DNA from: Mayamaea pseudoterrestris
Taxonomy: Eukaryota
Assembly (NCBI GenBank): GCA_027923505.1
Contig: BROI01000012.1
Coordinates: 1 to 64,000 of the forward strand
Reading direction: 5' to 3'
Length of the DNA: 64,000 nt
Made by a program: the position numbers and the translations under genes. Position 1 is the first letter of the stretch. The number at the start of each line of letters is the position of its first letter. The notes below the pieces were generated by a model. That model ran no database searches. It was not told where the DNA came from and saw only the letters and a list, made by a program, of their open reading frames with translations. This document shows, piece by piece, positions 11,713 to 21,615 of this stretch.

Positions 11713-12232
11713 TATACTTATAGTTTTCTATTCGATAGACTATTGTTGCAATGACTTCTCGCTTGGCGTCGTCAAAGGTGCCGCCGTGAACTTCGTGACA
11801 AGAAGAAATGCAAGAAAACCTTGTTCTTTCTTATAGCGCGGAGATTATCGGATTGCAAGCGAGTCTACTCCGACTGTTGATAGTAGGAGAGTCTTTGGTT
11901 GAGACAGGCTGGGCGAGCAGTTGGTTCAGTCTTTGCGGCAGCGGAGAACGTGGACGACGACGCGTGAGCGAAAACAAGAGGCGCTCGCAATTGAACTTCA
12001 AGGCGAAAGGATCGGGAAGTTGACTCGTGACTGATGGGTCTTGTTTATGCGCACGTCAAAACCGCTGCGATTGCGGAAACATAAGCCTTGCCATCAGTCA
12101 GAAACGCTACGACATTAGTTTGCAGGTTGAAGTGCGGAACGATCCTTTTGCGCGACGAAATCAAACCATCATCGATCGATTCTACGAAGAGGTGCTTCTG
12201 TTGTATCTACTCTTGATTTATCTTAAGCGAGG
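11713..12232. promoter_or_regulatory. Putative bidirectional promoter of VDL2 and ZEP1 (520 bp)
   Basis: Lies between divergent start codons at 11712 (-) and 12233 (+). Inferred from position only. Confidence 0.6.
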
Positions 12233-13954
12233 ATGAAGGTGTCTGCACTTTGTCTTCTCGCAGCTTTGTCCGCCATTGAAGGCTTTCAACCGCTACATCA
12301 GCAGCAGCTACCGGTGCAGACGAAGTCTTGCTCGTCGTCTCCTTTAATACGCTGTCACTCGACACTATCAACTACGCGTCTCAATGCTGCACTAATGGAG
12401 CCGCCTGTTCGAACACCAGAAACATTAGATCGCGTATCACAAGTCCGAGAACGTTTCAAGCGAGCGAGTCAAGATGCAGCCCAAGCAAAAGGATGCGCTC
12501 AGGCTGACACGGGCGACGAATGGTGGCGAACTCCTGTGCCTGAACCACGACGATCAATTTCCAAAGACGATCCTCTTCGAGTCGTCGTTGCTGGCGGAGG
12601 CGTCGCTGGACTAGTGGCAGCAGCCGCATGTCACAGCAAAGGCATGAAGGTGCAAATTTTTGAGCAGGCGAGTCAGTACGCTCCCTATGGCGGGCCGATT
12701 CAGATACAATCCAATGCACTCCGAGCACTGGAACGGATCAATCCAACCATTTACCAAGAGATTATCAAGGCAGGAACTGTCACGGCTGATCGCATTAGTG
12801 GACTCAAGATTGGATACAAAAAGGGGGTCTTTCTAGGACTCGGCAAGCAGTACGAAAAGGGCGACTGGCTGGTTCGATTCGATACGCTTCAACCTGCACT
12901 ACAGGCGGGTCTCCCGCCAACAGTAGTTGTTGATCGACCCGTTATTCAGCAGATTTTATTGAACCACGGCATTCCAGAAGGAACTGTCCGCATCAAGAGT
13001 CGCATTGCCAATTATGAGGAGCTGGGCGATGGCATGGGCGTCAAGATTACACTTGAGGACGGAAGCATTGCACATGCCGATGTTTTAATTGGAGCCGACG
13101 GTATTTGGAGCTCAACGCGACGCATTATGCACGAGCTTAATGCAGGGGCCGACGGATATGCTGCCAGTGGAGCGGCTGGTGGAGCCTTGAATGAAGCGGA
13201 AGCCAGGCGAATGGCCAAGGATAGTGTGTTGATGGCAACGAATGCCAATCGACGGTATTCGGGGTTCACTTGCTACGCGGCACTAACGGAACACAGGGCG
13301 AGTAACATTGAGGAAGTTTCCTATCAAATATTACTGGGCAAGGACAAGTACTTTGTCAGCACGGATGGTGGAGGTGAGCGGCAGCAATGGTTCGCTTTGA
13401 TTCGGGAACCAGCGGGTGGAGTTGATCCGGAACCAACAGCTGACAATCCATCGCCAAAATTAAACCGACTGTTGAATGAGTTCAACAACCAAGAACCGGG
13501 AGACCAGAACGGAGACGTATGGGACGATTTTGCGCATGAGCTCTTCCGTGCAACACCTGAAAAGGACATCAAGCGACGAGACTTGTACGATGGAAGTCCA
13601 TTGTTGATGCAAGGATGGGCTCGAGGTCCAGTTGCTATCTGCGGAGACGCGGCACATCCAATGATGCCCAATCTTGGTCAAGGCGGCTGCCAAGCGACAG
13701 AGGATGGTTATCGATTGGCCGAGGAGCTTGCGACCGTCAAGCACACGAGTGACGTGGAAGGTGCGCTACAGACGTACTTTAAGAAGCGCATTCCTCGAAC
13801 CACCATTATCCAAATCCTGGCACAGCTAGGTTCCGACCTTTTGGTTGATTTTGATAAAATGATGACCATTCCATTGGTGGGTCCGTTCTTTCTCTTCATG
13901 ACGCAAGTGTCCATGCCCTTTATTCTTCGATTCCTTTACACTCCTGAATTTTAA
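12233..13954 (+). CDS. ZEP1: Zeaxanthin epoxidase-family FAD monooxygenase, diatom ZEP1 type (573 aa, intronless), plastid-targeted
   Basis: Leader ending IEG|FQP. Rossmann motif [32 protein letters not shown] and [22 protein letters not shown]. The C-terminus ..[13 protein letters not shown] matches what I recall for diatom ZEP1. Confidence 0.9.
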   Translation: MKVSALCLLAALSAIEGFQPLHQQQLPVQTKSCSSSPLIRCHSTLSTTRLNAALMEPPVRTPETLDRVSQVRERFKRASQDAAQAKGCAQADTGDEWWRTPVPEPRRSISKDDPLRVVVAGGGVAGLVAAAACHSKGMKVQIFEQASQYAPYGGPIQIQSNALRALERINPTIYQEIIKAGTVTADRISGLKIGYKKGVFLGLGKQYEKGDWLVRFDTLQPALQAGLPPTVVVDRPVIQQILLNHGIPEGTVRIKSRIANYEELGDGMGVKITLEDGSIAHADVLIGADGIWSSTRRIMHELNAGADGYAASGAAGGALNEAEARRMAKDSVLMATNANRRYSGFTCYAALTEHRASNIEEVSYQILLGKDKYFVSTDGGGERQQWFALIREPAGGVDPEPTADNPSPKLNRLLNEFNNQEPGDQNGDVWDDFAHELFRATPEKDIKRRDLYDGSPLLMQGWARGPVAICGDAAHPMMPNLGQGGCQATEDGYRLAEELATVKHTSDVEGALQTYFKKRIPRTTIIQILAQLGSDLLVDFDKMMTIPLVGPFFLFMTQVSMPFILRFLYTPEF

Positions 13955-14017
13955 CATGCTGACATATTAGTATAATCATTACTGTTCTTTAGCTGCTACT
14001 ATGATTGAAGCTCAAAG

Positions 14018-15743
14018 TTATTCAGCCGCCGGTTGCAAAACTTCCACGCAATCATGCTCCTTCAAGTATGCGGCATGGGAAGGATGATCCTCGGGGAAGA
14101 CAATGAACGTTACAATGAACTGAAATAATCATGTGACTTGTTAGCGCTGATCATGGTACACACATTTTGGAACCGACAACGCTGTCAAAGGTGGTACTTA
14201 CGTTTGAAACCACCATTTTCGAATGAACCAAAACGTCTCGTAGCGTCATGGCTGGATGCACGCGCACCACCGAGTTTGGCTTTGGTTTGGCCCAAAGACT
14301 GCCATGTTCTTCAGTCCAAATTTGACGCTGTCGATGCAGATTTCTTCGCTCCACTGCTCTTACAACGTTGCCAATGTCCTCACCTTCGTCGCCTCGGAGT
14401 GCCCGACATGCCTCGTAGAATCGCATACATGAGGATTGGTCCTGCAGCACCTGCACACTCTCCGGATGCACGACTGCCTTTTTATCAATGTTTTGCTCCG
14501 CACCATGTATTTCAAAGTAAACGGCGAGTTGGCTGCAGACAAACTCATTGTTAAAGTCCCATGACACAGTTGTTTCGTCCGTCTCTTCCAACTCGGGGAA
14601 CATTTGCGCCATGCGCACTGCCAGCATTTCCGACTCGTCAAAGCGCTCAATAAAGTCGGACTGACGATGTGAGGGATACAAGAACATGCATGGCCAAGTC
14701 CAGCAGGTTCCGTTGTCAACCACTTGTGGAACCTTGCCGGCGTTGGGAAGATGCTGATGCCATTGAGATTCCATGCGATCGGCGTCAACGTCATCCTCCT
14801 CCTCGTCCGTCGTGCTTGCCACCAGTGGCACTCGACCAAGTTTTATAGCAGATTGCTGACAATGCTTCCAGACGCGTTGAATGTGAGCTTGTCGCTCGGC
14901 CCGAGCACGTTCGCGCTGCTGTCGTACTTTGCGAGCGCGCTGAATCTTTTGCTCCAATTGCTTTCGTAATTTCAGCAAGTCCGCATTAGCAGCGTCCAAC
15001 GCTAGTCCCTTATCAATTGCATCGCCCGCAGCTTCATAGTGATGCATCATTTGTTGTGCCTTGGCGAGTCGAAACCACGCCTTAGTGTTTCTGTTACTGC
15101 ATTCCAGAGCCCGCTTGCAATCGTCGCGCATCATGCCCCAGTTCTTTAACTCGCAGTGCATGAGTGCAATATTGGACAATATCTTACTCTTTTCGTCGGC
15201 AAGTTCATCCGGTGTAAAGGTTGGATCGTCAGTATCAGCCTGCGCATAGTCACCCGCAAAGAGTGGAACAATTTTTTCCGCCCACGCCAGCGATTCCAAG
15301 TAGTGATTAAGCGCGTCGCGAAACCACTGAAGATTTCCAACTTGATTCAGTTTTCCATTCTTGTAAGCATCGTTTCCCTTCTTGCGGAATTGCAGCATGA
15401 GCGACGTGGGAGACTCGCCGTCGTAAATGAGTGACGTAAAGGCTTCCGTCAAGCCCGTCTCCTCCATTTCCTTTTCGTTGCCGGCAAAGTACGGCGGAAT
15501 AAAATCGTCATCCAATATCTTTTTCAAGTAGTCTTCCTTCTCTCCCGGTGACCAACCGCGGCCTTGCTCAATGGCCATTTCAATCGCCTGCGAGAGTAAT
15601 TGGTCGTGCTTGTCGAGCTTCTTGGCCGACGACGACGATGCTGTAGCTGCATTCGTAGCTTCAATCTCCGCCTTGGTCTCTGCCATGGCGTTCATCATGT
15701 CATTAAACTGATCAACAGCATCGGCACGACTAATCGAGACCAT
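14018..15743 (-). CDS. TTC4: Cns1/TTC4-like TPR Hsp70/Hsp90 co-chaperone (~547 aa, 2 exons: 15743-14202, 14119-14018)
   Basis: TPR motifs (FRKKGNDAYK, ILSNIALMHCELKNW, KAWFRLAKA) and the wheel-domain motif WPCMFLYPSHRQSDFIERFDE. The 82-nt GTAAGT..TTTCAG intron 14201-14120 adds FIVTFIVFPEDHPSHAAYLKEHDCVEVLQPAAE*. Confidence 0.85.
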
Positions 15744-16066
15744 GATTTATGTATGTACGCAGGTTAGGAGCTTGTTGCAGGTACAATATAGGAAGGAGGT
15801 TTGTTTGGTAGAGTCGACGGAAATTGGAGGAAGGAAAAAACGGATGGCCGATGAATCCGCGAAGATGAGAAGTCGCAGCGAGACTGGATATTCAATACCG
15901 GAACGACTTTCACCTTTTTGGCGAAGCGAACCAACGACTTTCCACCCAGCGTCCTCACTTTTCTCTTTTCTCGTTCGGCGCCATCGCTCACCCGTTGTTG
16001 TTGCTGTCAAGCGAAAAAGGCCCTTCTACTTTATACTACTATTCGAGTCCTTGTCCATCAAATAGC

Positions 16067-17263
16067 ATGGTTACTCCTCGCAAGACTGTCGTCAGCGCCA
16101 AGCAATCGCCCAAGGCTCGTCGCGTTGCGGTTGACGACCTTCCTCCAGTCGTCCCACTGACCAAGGAGCAGCACAAGATTGCTGTACGCAATGCCCAAGC
16201 CTTCACGACCAAGAAGCCCGTCAATGCTCCTACTGCTGTCGCTGCTACTCCCTTTGCCTACAAGCCGACGTCTGCCAAAAAGTCTTCTCCAGCCAAGCGT
16301 CGTCAGGCCGCCGCTGCTGCCACGCCGTACGTTTCGCCATTGGCGGCAACGCCCACCACTCGCTCCAAGGCACTCAACAAGACAGTCCTTTCGCCCGATA
16401 CGATCAAGCCAGTCACGTTCAAGGGAGCTTCAGTCCGCAAGGCTGCGGTTGCTCCGACGACTCCAGTCGTTGCTTGCCAAAAGATTGTTGGCATGGCGTC
16501 GCCAACAGTCACGACTCGTGAGCCACTCATCAGTCGCCACGTCAAGTTCGCGTCAGTCCTTGTCCAGCAGAACCATGGCGAGGACGACGATGGCTACGAG
16601 ACTGGTGATTCGGATGTGAAAGTGCGCGCCGAGCGCTTGGCTAGCAAGAAGAAGCCAGCAACCGTCGCCCACCGCAAGTCCACGCTGGAAGGAGTCACGG
16701 CGGTGGACGGACATGTCGTGCCACTGGTCATGGCCATGGCGTTTGCCTTGGTTGCCTCTTTGGTGACGAGTTTGTTGACGGGAAGCGACGTCGACTCCGC
16801 TGCGACGACTGCGTGCGTTTCAACACTCAAATTTGCCAAGTTCCTCGTTTGGGACGTTGCCATTAACATTGTTGGATCATTCCTATGGTCGGCCTTTGCG
16901 CGTGCGCCCTTGGTTTGTATCTTTTGCGGTACCATCAGCCACTATGTTTACACGCGCAACGCCAAGGAGCCTCAGTTGGATGAAGATGATGAAGCTACCA
17001 AGAGCGACGTCGAGCGCACTCTTGCCTACGTCTACAAGTGCCTCCAAGTCAAGACTGAGCAGTGGCACTTGGCCAATGGCATTCGGGATGGCGCCAAGAA
17101 GCAGTTGTATCCTGGCGACAATGGCGCCCAGGCTCGCTTTGTCGCCCGTACCTGGAAGACTGTTTGCGACGACATTGAAAACGACGACAATGTAGCTGTT
17201 CGCACCAAGAAGCTTGACGGCCATGCTTGCCAGATTTGGCGCTGGCAGGAAGCGGCGCACTAG
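16067..17263 (+). CDS. Putative inner nuclear membrane protein of the MAN1/Src1/LEM2 type (398 aa)
   Basis: First ATG at 16067. Basic, SP/TP-rich N-terminus and two hydrophobic segments (~16714-16783, ~16841-16950). The C-terminal WKTVCDDIENDDNVAVRTKKLDGHACQIWRW resembles the MSC-domain signature W..V...I..D..V......I.G.....W.W. Codon usage looks coding. The CDS is well supported; the family call is moderate. Confidence 0.7.
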   Translation: MVTPRKTVVSAKQSPKARRVAVDDLPPVVPLTKEQHKIAVRNAQAFTTKKPVNAPTAVAATPFAYKPTSAKKSSPAKRRQAAAAATPYVSPLAATPTTRSKALNKTVLSPDTIKPVTFKGASVRKAAVAPTTPVVACQKIVGMASPTVTTREPLISRHVKFASVLVQQNHGEDDDGYETGDSDVKVRAERLASKKKPATVAHRKSTLEGVTAVDGHVVPLVMAMAFALVASLVTSLLTGSDVDSAATTACVSTLKFAKFLVWDVAINIVGSFLWSAFARAPLVCIFCGTISHYVYTRNAKEPQLDEDDEATKSDVERTLAYVYKCLQVKTEQWHLANGIRDGAKKQLYPGDNGAQARFVARTWKTVCDDIENDDNVAVRTKKLDGHACQIWRWQEAAH

Positions 17264-17759
17264 ATGACAAGGATTGGATGTTCCTGTCAAAACTTGGTTG
17301 AGTTGGGATTCATGAAGATGGAGATGTTGTCGCAGTTTAGTCAGAGTTTGAATTCGATCGAAGAATGTAAATGCTCTCGCACATTTGTCGGTAATTCGTT
17401 AGTTTAGTCTCGATTGATTAACACGTACTTATAGTAACGCACTTGCGATAGCAATGCGCTCTACCTTGCAATGCGTTTTGGTGCTACTCCCTACTCGAAT
17501 GTATGACACTGACCATCATATGCGAGTAGAGGCACTTGCAACGACATCCAACTAGGAGAGCACCAGCAGCTGATATCGGTTTCGAGTGCAAGGGAGGGAA
17601 TACAGCAACTCTAAGATACAAGGGATCTATATGCGTTACGCTTTTTAAGTTAAACCAAAATGGAATGAACTGGTCCAGTATCATGCCCGACTGCCGACGA
17701 TAGAGATTGCAAGAGATGCAAAGAACAATGGCAACAACCAACTCGCGGCCCAGTCGTCT

Positions 17760-18458
17760 TCACTCGACAATAGTCTGTTGCTTTCGTTTCCATGGAATCG
17801 CACGTCGTAACGTCTTGCCGAATTTCTTCATATTCGTACCACTTTGGTCAGTGTCTTGGTCATCCTCTGAAATGGCGTCAAAGAGCGAATTGGATCGGTT
17901 CAACGAGCGTCCCTCGCCTGTAGTCTGCTTGGCCGACGGCTGGTACGGGCATGCCATTAATGTTGGAGGTTCACACCCCATTGGATTGCAATAATTTATA
18001 AACTCGTATGCATTTGCTCCATTTTGAATCGGTTGCACATTGTCAGCTTCGTAAATATCGCGTATAGCTGCATCATCGGACAGCGGCGGCGAGCGCGAAG
18101 CAATGAGCGTATTATCCGTCGCCGTTCCTGTCTCGGTTGGCATATTGGAACAGCAGCAAAAGGTGGAAGAGGAAGTTTGGTATGAACTATGAGCACTGTT
18201 CCGCCGTCGGTAGCGATATTCGTCAGTAGTAATGGAGGAAACGTCGGTATCATCGTCACGCTGGTCTCCCAGGAACTTCCACGGAGCAGTAGCTGGTTGC
18301 ATTTTCAATGGAACAATAATGTCGAATTGCTCAGTAGGCGATATGGATGACCCAAGCGAGTCTTCATCAGATGGTCCTCGCGCGTGACTCTTGGATCCTC
18401 GCAGATTGAATCGAGTCGCTCCTGCCATGGCTCCTCCTTGGACTCGAAACAGTCGCAT
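17760..18458 (-). CDS. Hypothetical protein (~232 aa, Ser/Thr/Asp-rich)
   Basis: Long ORF from ATG 18458, divergent from PAC3. No recognisable domain. Confidence 0.5.
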   Translation of the reverse strand: MRLFRVQGGAMAGATRFNLRGSKSHARGPSDEDSLGSSISPTEQFDIIVPLKMQPATAPWKFLGDQRDDDTDVSSITTDEYRYRRRNSAHSSYQTSSSTFCCCSNMPTETGTATDNTLIASRSPPLSDDAAIRDIYEADNVQPIQNGANAYEFINYCNPMGCEPPTLMACPYQPSAKQTTGEGRSLNRSNSLFDAISEDDQDTDQSGTNMKKFGKTLRRAIPWKRKQQTIVE

Positions 18459-18907
18459 GCTTTGCAAAACTGGACGACTTTGTAAAGATTGTATCCTTAA
18501 AGTAGACTACACTGAGCTTGAGTAAAGCTCAAGCAAAGATCGAGGAAGCGACAAAAGGTCCAAGATTCAAGGCACGCAATGAGCAGCCTCATCTAAACCC
18601 AGACGGACCTTTGTCATCCTTCGCCCTGCCAGCCTCTGAGTTGCAGAAAGACTTGGAAGAGCGCGCATGTACTCAGCCGACAAGTAATTAGAAGGAAAGT
18701 GGTTGAACGGCAGTGGTCGTGCGAGCATGCTGGACGAGTTGGCGACTTGAAATGGCGTTGATTGTGTGGCAACGTCCGTTGAAGTAGTGAAGGAAGGAAA
18801 CGGATGTCGCATTCATGTTTTCAGTCCCGCTTAAAGAATCTTTGCTCGACCTCATTCGACCATGGCGCTGGGGCGTCCACTCGTTCACTATCATTCACCT
18901 CACAACC

Positions 18908-19393
18908 ATGACAAAAGACTTCAACGAGCCGGAAGAACTCGCAAAGACGCTCACGTCTATGTCTAATTCTGAACAAGAAGTGATCCCGCATCCTTCATCC
19001 ATCCCTCGCACTCTCATCAAGTCGTTTCGCATCGATGAGATTCAAACCGACGTTTGGATTCAAGTCTTTCGCGAGCGCCTTGTCTTTGGAGTCTCGCAGC
19101 ATCAAGGAAGCTTGGGAAGTTTTGTCATGTGTGAGCCGACGCAGTCGCCTATCCATATGAAGCAAATTCATAATGAAGTGACGAATCTGCTCGGAGCAAG
19201 GGAGGACGTTGCTATGAACGTTTACGCGCAACAGCTGTGCGAAAAGATTATTACTGCTCGAGGCGCTGGCCAACCACTGTTAACCATTGTGCTCGGAATT
19301 ACTCTGCACAAGACCAAGGGCAAGGAGCCGGCCATGTTTCGTGCAATTCTCGATGTATTGGTCAAACTGTATCGAGATGCAATGCAGGAATGA
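18908..19393 (+). CDS. PSMG3: Proteasome assembly chaperone 3 (PAC3/PSMG3-like), ~161 aa
   Basis: acaaccATG at 18908. TDVWIQVFRERLVFGVSQ..GSLG, VTNLLGARED..MNVYAQQL and LTIVLGITL follow the PAC3 pattern. Confidence 0.72.
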   Translation: MTKDFNEPEELAKTLTSMSNSEQEVIPHPSSIPRTLIKSFRIDEIQTDVWIQVFRERLVFGVSQHQGSLGSFVMCEPTQSPIHMKQIHNEVTNLLGAREDVAMNVYAQQLCEKIITARGAGQPLLTIVLGITLHKTKGKEPAMFRAILDVLVKLYRDAMQE

Positions 19394-19396
19394 TAG

Positions 19397-19436
<40 letters not shown>
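19397..19436. repeat. (TGC)13 / (CAG)n microsatellite immediately after the PAC3 stop codon
   Basis: Directly visible 40-nt perfect run. Confidence 0.97.
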
Positions 19437-20190
19437 ATTGATCCAAATTTTTATCGAGTTTTTGCTCGACTCTGGGGCTCTCAGTTGTACGACGCATGCC
19501 GTTTTGTCCTTACTCATCAAGCCAGGAATGGTTGACGAGTAGCCACTTGGATCGCCGCCGAATTAGAAATGCAAGCAAGCATGCTATCCTGTCCCTCGTA
19601 TGGCAATCGGTATAGCCTTGCAAGACTACCATTAATATCATGCCCATTGATTTGAACTAAGATTTAACTGCATTGGTAGACTATATAGTAATGTCGGCCT
19701 GACGAAACCACGTGATATGGGCGCTCGTTTTCAAAGTCAATCATGCACGTCGGAAAAGGAACCAGTGCACTAATGGCGGCACACTTCACAGGCACTGATA
19801 GCTTTCTAATGAATCGCCTGATTAGAGAAGGCATAATTTGAGAATCATCCTTGAAGTCGATATTTGAAAGGTGAGTCAAACTCTTGGACTGCCCAAGCTT
19901 GGCTAATGCTGCGGCTGAGTAACCGTAGTTGATGGACTCTAACATAGACAAGCGTCGGCATTGCAAGTCTGTCCATTTCTATTTGTGGTGGATTTACTGT
20001 TAATGTGTGATTGGAGATACCGGCTATGCTCGAATACGACGTAAACGTAGTTTAATTGAGGCCGATAGCTAAATGGGTAGCTGTCAGACATGGACAGTGA
20101 GTGGAGTGTTCGTTCGGCCTCCCATTTTCTATTCATCAATCCGCACGACCAACAGCTTGCTGCAATTCAGAGTCGAATATTATCATTAGC

Positions 20191-20612
20191 ATGTCATCTC
20201 CTTTACCTTTATATCGTGCATTAATGCGCCAAGCCAAGACAGTAAACGACTACAACTTTCGCATGTACGCCATCCGTAGAGTCAAGGCTGGATTTGTCAA
20301 GAATCGCACCCTCGCAAGGTACGCCGACCGTTCTGCTTGCAATGGCGAGTGATTCAAACAGTGCTTATAAGAACTGAAGAAACGCTTGTCATGATAATGT
20401 GTGTAGAACGAGTGCTGGCGGCCCATGGCTAGCTGATACCTCAATTCAACAGCATTCCGCGCAGCAAACCTCATTCATTGATCCTCTTTCTTTTCTGCAG
20501 CGATGAAGCAACCGCAGCGCTGCACGATGGACGTTTGCAGTTGGATGTATTGAGGAGACAAGCTGTACTTGGATCGCTGTATCCGAGTGCAAAGTCAGTC
20601 ATGGAGTCGTAG
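20191..20612 (+). CDS. ISD11: ISD11/LYRM4, LYR-motif partner of mitochondrial cysteine desulfurase (79 aa, exons 20191-20318 and 20501-20612)
   Basis: MSSPLPLYRALMRQAKTVNDYNFRMYAIRRVKAGFVKNR. Splicing the 182-nt GTACGC..TGCAG intron adds SDEATAALHDGRLQLDVLRRQAVLGSLYPSAKSVMES*. Confidence 0.9.
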
Positions 20613-20684
20613 AAGACGTATACATAATTTCATTTGTTGAACAAAACGAATTCTTTACGACCAAAATTCCAAATACACTACGAA

Positions 20685-21218
20685 CTACGAAAACATCTTT
20701 TGCCCCTTTTCAAAATCCTTTTGAAACTTCTTCTCCTCCCTCCGTCTGCGCTCCTCCACTAGTCCCTGCAAGCCTCCAAAGCGCTCCCTTGCTCGCCTTC
20801 GGATCTCAGTCCGCGAATACAACTTCATTGGCGTCCATCCCTTGTGCTGCGGGTTGGGCCGTTCCTCGTAAGCGCACACTGCCAACGTTCCTTCCGGCAA
20901 GCAATAAATCTTCATTGCTTCCTTCTTGCTCACCCATGGCGAGGCATCCATTTCAAATTCTTCCAAATATACGCTCGAATTATCGTCGCCATAAGGTACA
21001 GTTCCATCGCTATTCATCTTGCTTGGCGTCGTCACCTTTCGTCGCTTCGTCCCGTCCTCCAACGTTTGCTCGACCTCTAGTTTCCTTGTCTTTTGTCTCT
21101 CCAGTGCTCGTTCCTTGTTGAATCGTATTCGTTCCCTTTGTTCTTCCGTCAATATACTCTGCTTCGTATCGTCGTTGCCCTTTTCTCCTTCCGTACACTC
21201 ATCTCCTTTTGCCACCAT
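20685..21218 (-). CDS. XPA: XPA/Rad14-like nucleotide-excision-repair protein lacking the C4 zinc finger (~177 aa)
   Basis: N-terminal helix LTEEQRERIRFNKERALERQK. XPA C-domain VSKKEAMKIYCLPEGTL...NPQHKGWTPMKLYSRTEI...ERFGGLQGLVEERRRRE. First ATG at 21218; the ORF-track start at 21416 is GTG. Confidence 0.78.
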   Translation of the reverse strand: MVAKGDECTEGEKGNDDTKQSILTEEQRERIRFNKERALERQKTRKLEVEQTLEDGTKRRKVTTPSKMNSDGTVPYGDDNSSVYLEEFEMDASPWVSKKEAMKIYCLPEGTLAVCAYEERPNPQHKGWTPMKLYSRTEIRRRARERFGGLQGLVEERRRREEKKFQKDFEKGQKMFS

Positions 21219-21615
21219 TATTGCTCCAACACTTCCTACTCTGGCGCCAATCCCAATGCAAACCTCGATGGCTCTACTTGTGCTGCTGAAGACTCTTTTG
21301 GTCGCGCAACGCAAAAAAGACAAAAGCCGCTCGAATTGCGGCAAAGTAGATGCCCAACTGTCCAAAGAACAAAAGCTTTTCGCGAGACGATGAGGACCCC
21401 TCACCCGAAATGGCACCTTTAGGATTCAAAACAAACATTAAGAGATACAAGTTGATAATGACGAAGCAAGTGTAACTCTTGTCAACGACAACAATTAATT
21501 GTCAAGGAGCAGCGACTTGTGTGGTGGTCGAGTCGTCGAGTCGTCGAGTCACTCGCCAGACGATTCTTGGCAGGACTCAGATAGGGTTGGGGATGGATTT
21601 CACAAAACATACTTC

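Noticed and set aside
19440..20190. ORFs 19664-19966 and 19939-20139 as genes
   Set aside because: Short, with no recognisable motifs or convincing splice structure.
7985..21218. A DNA-repair gene cluster (Nei-UNG plus XPA) linked to the satellites
   Set aside because: The genes are ~11 kb apart with unrelated genes between them. Nothing in the sequence links them.
21527..21550. (GTCGAGTC)3 near the left SatA edge as an element terminus
   Set aside because: Only three copies, no matching partner at another array end, and it lies in the probable XPA promoter region.
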